Assembly (NCBI GenBank): GCA_018001225.1 | Contig: JAGNIJ010000009.1 | Location: 821 to 64,820 of the forward strand | From: Kiritimatiellia bacterium | GTDB lineage: Bacteria; Verrucomicrobiota; Kiritimatiellia; CAIQIC01; JAGNIJ01 | Direction of reading: 5' to 3' | Length of the DNA stretch: 64,000 nt | In this document: one piece after another, positions 36,836-45,753 of the stretch | Layout: every line of letters starts with the position of its first letter | How positions within the stretch are numbered: the first letter of the stretch is position 1 | The notes under the pieces: generated by a model | The model's input: the letters and a program-made list of their open reading frames with translations, nothing else | What the model was told of the DNA's origin: nothing | The model's database searches: none | Translations under genes and position numbers: made by a program

Positions 36836-38503
36836 ATGATGCCGCTCCTCCCAGCCCTGGCCACGATCACCGCGGAGGCCGATCCCGGCGCCGGCATGGA
36901 AGGCGCCATGATGCGCCTGGTGCTGCAGTTGGCGGTGATCCTGATCGCCGCGCAGATCGTCGGCCTCTTCTTCCGGCGGGTGCTCCGGCTGCCGGGCGTT
37001 CTCGGCGAGCTGATCGCGGGCATGCTGATCGGGCCCTACGCGCTGGGCCAGCTGCCGATCCCCGGGTTCGGCCCGCTCTTTCCCGCCGCCGACACGCCGG
37101 TGGCTGTTTCGGTGCCCCTGTACGGCCTCGCGACCATTGCTTCGATCCTGCTGCTTTTCCTGTCCGGGCTGGAGACGGACCTCGCGCTGTTTCTCCGGTA
37201 TTCGGTGGTGGGCACCGCGGTGGGGATCGGGGGCGTGGTCTTCTCCTTCGTCCTCGGCGCCCAGTGCGGCATCTGGTTCGGCCTGGCGAATTCCTTCATG
37301 GACCCGGTGGCCCTGTTCCTCGGCGCCATTTCCACGGCCACGTCGGTCGGGATCACGGCCCGTATCCTCTCGGAGAAAAAGAAAACCGACTCGCCGGAGG
37401 GCGTCACCATCCTCGCCGGCGCGGTGTTCGACGACGTGCTGGGCGTGGTGATGCTGGCCATCGTGGTGGGCCTGTCCAAGCTGACGGACCCGGGCGACAA
37501 GGCGCCCTGGGGCGACATCGCCCGGATCGCGGTGCACGCCATCGGCTACTGGCTCGGCTTCACGGCCATCGGCCTGCTCTCGGCCCGGCTGATCTCGCGC
37601 GTGCTCAAGAAGCTGCATTCGATGTCGAGCATTGTCTCGATCGCCTTCGGCCTGGCGCTGCTCTTCGCGGGCCTGCTGGAAATGGCGGGCCTGGCCATGA
37701 TCATCGGCGCCTACGTCACGGGCCTGTCCCTGTCGCGCACGGACCTCGCCCACGGCATCCAGGAGCACCTCCGCGGCATGTACGAGGTGCTCGTCCCGGT
37801 GTTCTTCTGCGTGATGGGCATGCTGGTGGACTTCTCCGTGATGCGCGGGGTGCTGGTCTTCGGCCTCGTGTACGCGGCCCTCGCGATGGTGGCCAAGCTG
37901 GTGGGGTGCGGGCTGCCGGCGTGGCTGCTGTCCTTCAATCTCCGCGGCGCGACGCGCATCGGCATCGGCATGATCCCGCGCGGCGAGGTCGCCCTCGTCA
38001 TCGCCGGGCTCGGGCTCTCGGCCCACGTGATCAACACCGAGGTCTTCGGCGCGGCGATCCTGATGACCATGCTGACCACGCTCATCGCCCCGCCGCTCTT
38101 GAGCGAGTCGTTCGCGGGCGGGTCGGGGCTCAAGGCCCGCATCCGCGCCGGGCAGGACGACACCATCCACACCGTGCCGCTGGAACTCCCGTCGGACGAC
38201 CTGGCCGAGTTCGTGCTGTCGCGCCTCGTCCGCGGATTCCGGGCCGAGGAGTTCTTCGTCTACCGCCTGGGCGGCGAGATCCAGGCCTACCAGATCCGCA
38301 AGGACGACATGCACTTCACCCTGTCCCTGGAGGCCCACCGCGTGCTGCTGACCGCCCCGGCGCGGCATGAGCACGTCGCCCGCTTCATCGTGCTGGAGGA
38401 GATCCTGGAATTGCAGGACATGGCCCAGGCCTTCCAGAAACTGCAGGACATCGACACGATGAAAAGCAGCCTCCTCGAAGGCCTGTTCGACGGGGGAAGC
38501 TGA
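36836..38503 (+). CDS. Cation:proton antiporter (CPA2/Kef-type) with extra C-terminal soluble domain (555 aa)
   Basis: LPGVLGELIAG.LIGP, LLFLSGLETD, ATSVGITARIL, AVFDDVLG, PVFF..MG, IG.GMIPRGEVALVIA. Confidence 0.9.
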   Translation: MMPLLPALATITAEADPGAGMEGAMMRLVLQLAVILIAAQIVGLFFRRVLRLPGVLGELIAGMLIGPYALGQLPIPGFGPLFPAADTPVAVSVPLYGLATIASILLLFLSGLETDLALFLRYSVVGTAVGIGGVVFSFVLGAQCGIWFGLANSFMDPVALFLGAISTATSVGITARILSEKKKTDSPEGVTILAGAVFDDVLGVVMLAIVVGLSKLTDPGDKAPWGDIARIAVHAIGYWLGFTAIGLLSARLISRVLKKLHSMSSIVSIAFGLALLFAGLLEMAGLAMIIGAYVTGLSLSRTDLAHGIQEHLRGMYEVLVPVFFCVMGMLVDFSVMRGVLVFGLVYAALAMVAKLVGCGLPAWLLSFNLRGATRIGIGMIPRGEVALVIAGLGLSAHVINTEVFGAAILMTMLTTLIAPPLLSESFAGGSGLKARIRAGQDDTIHTVPLELPSDDLAEFVLSRLVRGFRAEEFFVYRLGGEIQAYQIRKDDMHFTLSLEAHRVLLTAPARHEHVARFIVLEEILELQDMAQAFQKLQDIDTMKSSLLEGLFDGGS

Positions 38504-38542
38504 CTTGGATACCCCGCCGACCCGGCACCGCCGGGGCGCGGA

Positions 38543-39772
38543 TCACCCGTCGCCGATGCCGCCGGACCAGTCCTCGCCCGAGAAGGCCTCTTCCATCTGG
38601 ACCTGGGTGTCGCGGCGGTACCACCGCTTGTACAGCTTGCCGATCCAGTAGAAGACCAGCAGGGGCAGGGCCACGACGGCCAGCAGGTAGTTCGTCAGCG
38701 AGACGAGGTAGTAGGCCGAGTCGCCGAATCCGCCGATCATCCCTTTCGCCCAGGGCATGGTGAAGACGGGCGTCGGCGCGAACACGTTGAGGTTCCACAG
38801 GATGATCGCGACCGAGATGTAGTTGACCATCTGGTTCGGGAACGGCGAGGCGGACGTGCACCACCGCAGGCCCATCGTCCGCTGCTTCGTGAACGGCGGG
38901 AACAGGTTCGAGCCGAGGTGCCCCGTCTGGTCCACCAGCACGTGGCTCCAGAAGGCGAGGATGGCGATCCAGAACGCCGTCACGGCGAAGCGGTTGGTGA
39001 AGAACGCCGGGAGGTCGCCGCGGAACAGGGCCGGCCAGTCCGCGAAGAGCGCGAACCCGATCGGGCCCATCAGCAGGCCGAGGGTCAGGCTATGCGTCCA
39101 TCGGCGGTGCCACGGGATGAAATCCACGCGCACGCGCCCGTCCTTCTCCGGCACGAACTCGTAGTCGGGCCCGGAGAACACGCCGATCTCCGTGTCCATG
39201 TAATAGGTGTTGTTGATCTCGCTCTGGAACGAGGCGACGTGGCTGGTCGGGCCGGGCGGGATCGTGTCGGGCAGGCACGGCAGGTCCCGGGCCAGCGACT
39301 CCATGAAGGCCGCGGGGCCGTCCTCCTCGATCTTGCGCCGGCGCGTTGCCTCGCTGGGCAGGCGCTCGCCGCGGGCCATGGACTGGCTCATGGTCTTCAG
39401 CGGGCCGATGGTGCAGGTGACCGTCCTGTTCCGGTCGTCGATCTGGACGGCGTAGGCGCGGTAGTGGCTCGGGCCCACGCGGATCGTGTCGAGTTTCAGG
39501 CGGATGGGCCGCTTCTTCTCCGCGGCCTCGTCGATCGCCCGGGCGATGGCCTCGGCGGGGAGGCGCGGGTCCAGGTGGTCTTCGGAAAGCCGGATCTGGT
39601 GATCGATTTTCCAGAAATAGCGCGCGAACTTGAAATCCAGCGTGTCGCAGAGGATGCCGCAGACCCCGCCGAGCACCATGAGGTAGGCCTTGTCCTCGTA
39701 CGCGGTGCGGATGGCGAGCGGGAAGCAGGAGGCCGCCGCCACCCCCGTCAGGAAATGCGTGATGCCTTTCAT
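38543..39772 (-). CDS. Membrane-bound metal-dependent hydrolase (YdjM/DUF457-like) with ~150-aa insertion (409 aa)
   Basis: M.GITHFL.G, (C)DTLD, HRRWTHSL, SHVLVD...G.NLFPPF motifs; long soluble insert between DTLD and HRRWTHS. Confidence 0.75.
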   Translation of the reverse strand: MKGITHFLTGVAAASCFPLAIRTAYEDKAYLMVLGGVCGILCDTLDFKFARYFWKIDHQIRLSEDHLDPRLPAEAIARAIDEAAEKKRPIRLKLDTIRVGPSHYRAYAVQIDDRNRTVTCTIGPLKTMSQSMARGERLPSEATRRRKIEEDGPAAFMESLARDLPCLPDTIPPGPTSHVASFQSEINNTYYMDTEIGVFSGPDYEFVPEKDGRVRVDFIPWHRRWTHSLTLGLLMGPIGFALFADWPALFRGDLPAFFTNRFAVTAFWIAILAFWSHVLVDQTGHLGSNLFPPFTKQRTMGLRWCTSASPFPNQMVNYISVAIILWNLNVFAPTPVFTMPWAKGMIGGFGDSAYYLVSLTNYLLAVVALPLLVFYWIGKLYKRWYRRDTQVQMEEAFSGEDWSGGIGDG

Positions 39773-39788
39773 CGCCCTCGCTCCTCGT

Positions 39789-41126
39789 TCACCGGAACCC
39801 GAGCCATTGCGCGACGCGGTGGCCGACGCCGGCCATGTTGAGGCTCACCGGGACCATCAGCACCGCCAGCAGCGGCACGCGCCGCGTGTGCCAGAAATTG
39901 GGGACGAGCCCGAGCGCCGTGGAGACCGCCATCAGCACGAGCCCGCGCCAGCCCGTCACGAACCCGACCATGGCCACCAGCAGCAGCGCCGAGAAGCCCG
40001 AGATCCAGTGATAGTCCACGCGCCCGGTCGTCCGGGCGCAGAAGCGCGCGAAGCGCGGCAGCAGCCACAGGGTCGCCGCGCCGCTGACGGCGATCACGCC
40101 AGACACGGCCAGGTACTGCTCCACCGTCTCGGGCACGAAGAAGAGGCTGATGTTGATCGCCGCGCCGCCGCGGCGCATGTAGACGTCCGGCATGAAGAAC
40201 AGCACCAGCGCGCCGATGTAGTAGAGGACGCGCGCCGCCCCGCCGCCGACGAGGAACTGCTTGTCGCCGGACGAGCAGGTCGCGTGGGCGCCGATCAGCA
40301 GGGCCGGGCCGGGCGTCAGGCCGGGCGTCAGGCTGGAGAAGAGGCCGGCGACCGTGCCGGTCAGCGCGCCGCGCGCCAGGTCGTGCGGCTCCGCGTCCAC
40401 GCTGCGCGCGAAGTGCTGGGGCGGGATCCGGGTCCGCGTGATGACGGTCATGATCTGGCTCGGCAGCGCGAACAGGCCCATGAACACGGGCATCAGCGAC
40501 TGGAACGCGCTCTCGACCGGGATGATCGTGTTGTAGAAGACGAACATCCCCAGCACGGCGGCCGCGACGAAGGTGAAGAAGCCCATGCCGAGCTGGACCC
40601 AGCCGTCCGCCAGGCGCTGCCGCACGGTCTGGCCCACGCCGTGGTCCTTGGGCCATTCGCCGATCAGGATGAACGCGCAGACCAGGCCGAGGATCCAGTA
40701 GACGTGCGGCCGGATCAGCTCGCGCACCAGCCCGATCGGCTTGGTCAGGAACGGGAAGAGCCCGGCGATCAGCACCAGGGCCGCCAGCGCGCCGAAGCCG
40801 CTCAAGATCACTGCCTCGTACCCGCGTCCCTCGTAGAGGAAGCGCTCGTGCGGCATGATCATCGAGCGGAAGCTGTCGTCGCACGGCTGGAAGAACTGGC
40901 TCGAGACCGTGAAGAGCACCGAGAACCCGACCACCATGCCCAGGATGAAACTCGTCGTCAGCATCGGGTCCAGGGCGTCGAAGAACTCGACGAACGCGAA
41001 GGCCAGCATCATCGTGAAGGCGATCACGTTGTAGATGTGCAGGCCGGGAATGAACGAAAAGACCGCGGCCACGGCCACGCCGAGGAGCGCCGTCGGGATG
41101 CACAGCAGGAGCGTGTTGAGTTCCAT
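39789..41126 (-). CDS. Tripartite tricarboxylate transporter permease (TctA/DUF112), archaeal COG1784-like (445 aa)
   Basis: About 11 hydrophobic segments; FIPGLHIYN, PHERFLYEGRGYEAV.LSG.G, G..SSLTPGLTPG match my recollection of archaeal DUF112 motifs (PG.H.N, P.H...EGRG.EAV). Confidence 0.72.
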   Translation of the reverse strand: MELNTLLLCIPTALLGVAVAAVFSFIPGLHIYNVIAFTMMLAFAFVEFFDALDPMLTTSFILGMVVGFSVLFTVSSQFFQPCDDSFRSMIMPHERFLYEGRGYEAVILSGFGALAALVLIAGLFPFLTKPIGLVRELIRPHVYWILGLVCAFILIGEWPKDHGVGQTVRQRLADGWVQLGMGFFTFVAAAVLGMFVFYNTIIPVESAFQSLMPVFMGLFALPSQIMTVITRTRIPPQHFARSVDAEPHDLARGALTGTVAGLFSSLTPGLTPGPALLIGAHATCSSGDKQFLVGGGAARVLYYIGALVLFFMPDVYMRRGGAAINISLFFVPETVEQYLAVSGVIAVSGAATLWLLPRFARFCARTTGRVDYHWISGFSALLLVAMVGFVTGWRGLVLMAVSTALGLVPNFWHTRRVPLLAVLMVPVSLNMAGVGHRVAQWLGFR

Positions 41127-41129
41127 CGG

Positions 41130-41978
41130 TCAGTCTCCGCCCGTCCCGTCCGCGGGCTCGATGGCCCGGGGATCGCCCCGGGCCGTCTTGATCTCCCAGT
41201 AGCCCATCTTCTCGAAGTACACGAACTGCCCGCGCACGGACACTTTCTGCCCGGCCGCGAGCCGGTGGCCGTCGAACCCGAACACCAGGACCGTGTTGGT
41301 CTGGCCGGGCTCGCGGATCCGGACGATCGGGTGGGCCGCGGCGGCATCGGCCACCTCGGCCGCCGCCACGAAGATCCAGCGGTTGCTGAAGCGGCCGGGC
41401 TCGGCGAGCAACTCGGCGACCGTGGCGGGCAGGTCCTCCCGGGCCTCCCGCGTGCCGTCGGCCGGGCGCGACTTGATCTTGATCATCTGGGCGCTGTTGA
41501 CGCTGACGAAGCGGTACGAGGAGCCCGCGAACAACGAGCCCGCGATCTCGATCACGTCCCCGCGCCGCGGCGGATCCTGCAGCGCCGCGAAATCGAGGGC
41601 CGCCTCGCCCTCCAGCCGTGCGGAAAGGCGTTGGCGGCCGGGCGTGTCCGCGGTCGCCAGGTCCTCCAGTTCAATCCGCACCAGGGGGGCGTTGTAGCGG
41701 TCCTGCGTGATGGAGACGTTGACGACCCGCCCGGCCAGGCGGACCCGTTCGAAGTTCATCTCGGCGGTCAGGTCGCGGAAGTCCGCCAGGCGGGGCCGGT
41801 AGGTCAGCGCCGCGGTGAAATGGATCGCCGCGATCGCGAGCAGGAGCAGCGCGCCCCGGCCGATCCAGGCCGTCGAGATCCGCGTCCGGAGCGAGGCCGC
41901 GCAGCAGCGGCAGACCGTGGCCTCCGCGGGGAGGGGCCGGCCGCAACTGGGGCAGGCGACCTGTTCAGGGTTCGGCAT
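41130..41978 (-). CDS. Zn-ribbon / TM / two OB-fold-like domain protein (282 aa)
   Basis: CPSC-x10-CRCC, TM helix WIGRGALLLLAIAAIHFTAAL, then V.L.G.V...RRGDVIEIAG and AGQKVSVRG.F OB-type strands. Confidence 0.65.
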   Translation of the reverse strand: MPNPEQVACPSCGRPLPAEATVCRCCAASLRTRISTAWIGRGALLLLAIAAIHFTAALTYRPRLADFRDLTAEMNFERVRLAGRVVNVSITQDRYNAPLVRIELEDLATADTPGRQRLSARLEGEAALDFAALQDPPRRGDVIEIAGSLFAGSSYRFVSVNSAQMIKIKSRPADGTREAREDLPATVAELLAEPGRFSNRWIFVAAAEVADAAAAHPIVRIREPGQTNTVLVFGFDGHRLAAGQKVSVRGQFVYFEKMGYWEIKTARGDPRAIEPADGTGGD

Positions 41979-42846
41979 TATCGGCCTTCCATTGCGCTTC
42001 GTCCGCCGGCTGCAGGTCCTCCGGCCCGGCCAGCACCAGCTGCCAGGAGGATTGCTTCTGGCTCCGGTATCGCTGCAGGGCGCCGAAGCACGTGACGTAT
42101 TGGCCCTTGCGCATGAGCTCCTGTGAGCGGTCCGCCGGCCCCGCGCCCCGGGCTTTCATGACATCCTGGGAAATATTCACCGCGAGCCGGTGGCCCCCGT
42201 CATCCTCGATCAGCCAGACCAGGTCGTACGAACTGGGGATGCGCGACTGGACGCGGCCGGTGACCTTCAGGCGCGCGCCCTCCTCGAGCCCCTCGCGGAA
42301 CGCGCGCACGACCTTCCCGAGGGGGGTGGCCTTGTCGGGTCTCTCGCGGACGATCTCGAGGTCTTCCACGGCGCTCAAGATCATGATCTGGCGCCGGGCC
42401 TTGTACTGGTAGTTGCCGATCAGCGAGACGCGGTCGCCGAAGACGGGAATCTTGTCCGCCTTGAGCAGGTCCTCCGTCGTGTCGTCGTAGCAGCGGATCC
42501 GCATCAACCCGGAACCGTCGTCGACCTCGAACTCCAGGCTGCTGTTGCGCCCCTGGTCGTCGGCGGGGTGGTGGCGCAGGTCGCCGCTGAGGCGCCCCTC
42601 GAGGCGGCCCTGCGCGAAGTTCGTCTTGGGGCCCAGGCTGGCGATCCTGACGGTCGGCGAGCCGTACACGCGGCCGAGGTGCGAGAGCAGCACGAGGCCC
42701 GCGAGGGTCAGGAACGGCGTGCTGTACTTCAGGAAGCGCACGATCCGCCGCTTGGGGTTGAACTGGCGGCAGAAGGGACACCTCTCCCACGAGCCGATGA
42801 ATCGCCCGCAGGCCCGGCACGTGGTTTCCGCCGGGTTCTGGCTCAT
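41965..42846 (-). CDS. Zn-ribbon / TM / two OB-fold domain protein (293 aa)
   Basis: CRAC-x9-CPFC, TM helix, LEFEVDDGSG.MRIRCY...GDRVSLIG and KVTGRV...LIEDDGG...KGQYVTCFG, typical OB (tRNA_anti/RPA-like) motifs. Confidence 0.72.
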   Translation of the reverse strand: MSQNPAETTCRACGRFIGSWERCPFCRQFNPKRRIVRFLKYSTPFLTLAGLVLLSHLGRVYGSPTVRIASLGPKTNFAQGRLEGRLSGDLRHHPADDQGRNSSLEFEVDDGSGLMRIRCYDDTTEDLLKADKIPVFGDRVSLIGNYQYKARRQIMILSAVEDLEIVRERPDKATPLGKVVRAFREGLEEGARLKVTGRVQSRIPSSYDLVWLIEDDGGHRLAVNISQDVMKARGAGPADRSQELMRKGQYVTCFGALQRYRSQKQSSWQLVLAGPEDLQPADEAQWKADNAEP

Positions 42847-43021
42847 CACCAGCCGGCTGATCTCGGGGTCCAGTTTGATGCCCGCAGCCTACATGCCCCG
42901 CGGGGTGCCGACAAGGTTAATCCGGCCATCCGCCCCGGGAGGCGAAAAGCGAAAACGTCATGGCCGTCGGATCCGTATTGTGCTACAGGTGGCCACGCGC
43001 AGGACCGATGCGCAGGTACTC

Positions 43022-43960
43022 ATGAGCTGGAGGAAACGACAACGCGGCAGGCTGGAGGTCGGGCTCGTCCGGCTGGCGATGGCCCTCGTCAACCGGCTGC
43101 CGCGGTGCGTCATCCTGGGCCTGGCGCGCTTCCTCGGCGCGGCCGGCTTCGTGCTCGCCCGGCCCCTGCGTCGCGTCGGCCTCGCGAACTTGGAGCTCGC
43201 CTACGGCGACGCGCTGACCGCCCGCGAAAAACGCCGGCTCCTCAAGCGGTCTTTCCAGGCGTTCGCGCTCGTCACGCTCGACGTCTTCTGGTTCTCGCGC
43301 CGCACCGAGGAGCGCATCCGCCGCTGGGTGTCTTTCGAACGGCCGCTTTCGGAGGTGCTGGGCCGCGGCGCGAACGTCTGCCTGACCGGCCACCTCGGCA
43401 ACTGGGAAATCCTGGGCCTCGCCTGCGCCATCGAAGGGTACCCGCTCGCGAGCGTCGCCATGCCGCTGAAGAATCCCGAGGTGGACCTCCTTTTCAACCG
43501 GCTTCGCCAGTCCACCGGACAGACCATCATCCCCCGCGCGGGCGCGGTCCGCGCGCTGCTGCGCCTCCTGCGGGAGGGACGGAACGCGGCCCTGCTGCTC
43601 GACCAGAACACCCGGCCGGAGCACGGCGGGCTGTTCGTGGATTTCTTCGGGAGGCCGGCCACCGTGTCGGGCGCCGCCGTCTTCCTGGCCGCGCGCGCGG
43701 GCTGCGGGATCGTCTCGGGCTTCTGCCTGCCGGACGGGCGCGGCGGGTACCGCGTGCGCCTGCCCGACGGGCTGGGCGTCCCCCCGCCGCGGCCGGATGA
43801 CCGGCAGGTCCTCGAATGGACCGCGCGCATCGCGCGCCTCTACGAGGACGAGGTTCGCCGCCGCCCGGAGTGCTGGCTCTGGACCTATAAGCGATGGCGG
43901 TTCGTCCGGCCGGGGGATGAGCCGGGCGCTTATCCGTACTACGCCTCGGGGCGGAAATAG
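43022..43960 (+). CDS. Lipid A biosynthesis (LpxL/HtrB-type) lysophospholipid acyltransferase (312 aa)
   Basis: NLELAY, TGHLGNWE (HxxxxE), KNP.VD, LLDQ, FVDFFG.PA, PE.WLW.YKRW. Confidence 0.88.
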   Translation: MSWRKRQRGRLEVGLVRLAMALVNRLPRCVILGLARFLGAAGFVLARPLRRVGLANLELAYGDALTAREKRRLLKRSFQAFALVTLDVFWFSRRTEERIRRWVSFERPLSEVLGRGANVCLTGHLGNWEILGLACAIEGYPLASVAMPLKNPEVDLLFNRLRQSTGQTIIPRAGAVRALLRLLREGRNAALLLDQNTRPEHGGLFVDFFGRPATVSGAAVFLAARAGCGIVSGFCLPDGRGGYRVRLPDGLGVPPPRPDDRQVLEWTARIARLYEDEVRRRPECWLWTYKRWRFVRPGDEPGAYPYYASGRK

Positions 43961-44000
43961 CGGCGGCTGGTCGCTCTCCGGCGCCGAAACAGCGGCGAGT

Positions 44001-45605
44001 CTAGCGGTCCTGCAGCCGGCGCCATGGGCGGAGGGCAAACTGCCATAGCCCCGTCGATTCCGGCAGCCGCAGCGCCAGCGTCAGGATGAAATAGACGGCG
44101 ACGGCCGCGGCCATCGCGGCGCCGAGCGCCATGATTTCACCGGGCAGCCCGGCGGGCAGGAGCGCGCGCAGCCGGTCGTGCACCGCGGCGGCGCTGAAGC
44201 CGCAGGCCGCGGCCGCGGCCGCGACGCCGGCCATGAACCCGATCCAGCCCGGGCTTCCCGGGTGAACCAGCCGGCGGAGATAGATGAACAACTGCGCCCC
44301 GTTGATGAACGCGAGCGCGGCCGTCGTGGTCGCCAGCCCCACGTGGCCCCAGCCCAGCACCTTGACCATCAGGAGGTTCAGCCCCAGGTTCACGCCGATG
44401 CCCAGCAGGCCCACGCGCAGCGGGATCCTCGGGCGGTCCAGCGCGTAGAAGCACGGCGCCAGCACCTTGATCGCCGCGTAGCCCGTCAGCCCGAACGCGT
44501 ACGCCCGCAGCGCCAGGGCCGTGGCGGCCGTGTCCGCGGCGGAAAACCGGCCGTGCTGGTAGATGACCCGGATGATCGGCTCGGCCAGCGCGAACAGCCC
44601 CACCGCCGCCGGCAGCGTCAGGAACACCGCCAGGCGCAGCGACGAAGTCACGGTCGACCCGAACGCCGCCAGGTCGGACCGCGCGTGGTGCCGCGCCACG
44701 GCGGGCAGCGTCACCGTGGCGATGGCAACGCCGAAGACGCCGAGGGGGAACTGCATCAGCCGGAACGCGCAGTTCAGCCATGAGCGCGCCCCGTCGATTT
44801 CCGAGGCCAACATGCCGTTGACCAGCACGTTCACCTGCACCGCCGCGCCGGCGATCACGCTCGGCCACATCAGCCGCCAGACCGTGCGGAGCTTCTCGTT
44901 GCGGAAATCCAGCCGCCAGCGGAACCGGTAGCCCAGCCGCCAGAGGGCCGGCGCCTGGATCGCCATCTGCGCCACGCCGCCCAGCAGCACGCCCAGGCTC
45001 ACGCCCCACAGGGCCCGCTCCCCGAAGTGCGGGTGCCGCCAGTCCGGCTGGGGGTCGAAGAGATAGGCCAGGCCGACACCGAGGACGATCGACACGATGT
45101 TGAAGACCGTCGAGGCCGACGCGGGCAGGCCGAAGATGTGCCTCGCGTTCAGCGCGCCCATGATCACCGCGGCGATCGACACGAAGAGGATGAACGGGAA
45201 CAGCACCCGCGTCAACTGCACCGTCAACTCGAACTTGCCCGGGACCTGGTGGAACCCGAAGTTGGTCACGTGCACCAGCAGGGGGCTGGCCGCGATGCCG
45301 AGGATGCACACGCCGCCGAGGATCAGGATCACCGACGACAGCAGCAGGCTCAACAGGCCCCAGGCGGATTCGTCGCCCTCCTTCGCGTGGGTCTTGGTGA
45401 ACGTCGTCGTGAAGGCGACCGACAGCGCGCCCTCGGCGAACAGGTCGCGCATCAGGTTGGGGATCTGGAAGGCCGCGAGGAAGGCGTCGAGGAATTTTCC
45501 CGCGCCGAACATCGCGGCAAAAACCAGCTCGCGGACCAGGCCGAAGACCCGCGAGCCGACCACCGCCAGGCCCACGATGCCCGCCGATTTCCGGGTGCCG
45601 GTCAT
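44001..45605 (-). CDS. murJ: Lipid II flippase MurJ/MviN (534 aa)
   Basis: SRVFGLVRE...AAMFGAG...DAF.AAF.IPNL.RDLFAEGALS.AF, RL.QFPLGVFGVAIATV.LP, I....YQHG.F...DT, FYALD....P. Confidence 0.94.
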   Translation of the reverse strand: MTGTRKSAGIVGLAVVGSRVFGLVRELVFAAMFGAGKFLDAFLAAFQIPNLMRDLFAEGALSVAFTTTFTKTHAKEGDESAWGLLSLLLSSVILILGGVCILGIAASPLLVHVTNFGFHQVPGKFELTVQLTRVLFPFILFVSIAAVIMGALNARHIFGLPASASTVFNIVSIVLGVGLAYLFDPQPDWRHPHFGERALWGVSLGVLLGGVAQMAIQAPALWRLGYRFRWRLDFRNEKLRTVWRLMWPSVIAGAAVQVNVLVNGMLASEIDGARSWLNCAFRLMQFPLGVFGVAIATVTLPAVARHHARSDLAAFGSTVTSSLRLAVFLTLPAAVGLFALAEPIIRVIYQHGRFSAADTAATALALRAYAFGLTGYAAIKVLAPCFYALDRPRIPLRVGLLGIGVNLGLNLLMVKVLGWGHVGLATTTAALAFINGAQLFIYLRRLVHPGSPGWIGFMAGVAAAAAACGFSAAAVHDRLRALLPAGLPGEIMALGAAMAAAVAVYFILTLALRLPESTGLWQFALRPWRRLQDR

Positions 45606-45753
45606 GCCGGACCATAGCACGGCCGGAAAACCGCTTTCAATGCCGGCCTGGTCCGAAAACGAAACGCCCGCCGGCCCGGCGTGGCTCAAAGAGGGCGGGA
45701 AGATACGGGGGGCCCGGTCGACAGGAGCAGTTGTGCAACCGAGGGGAACAGCG

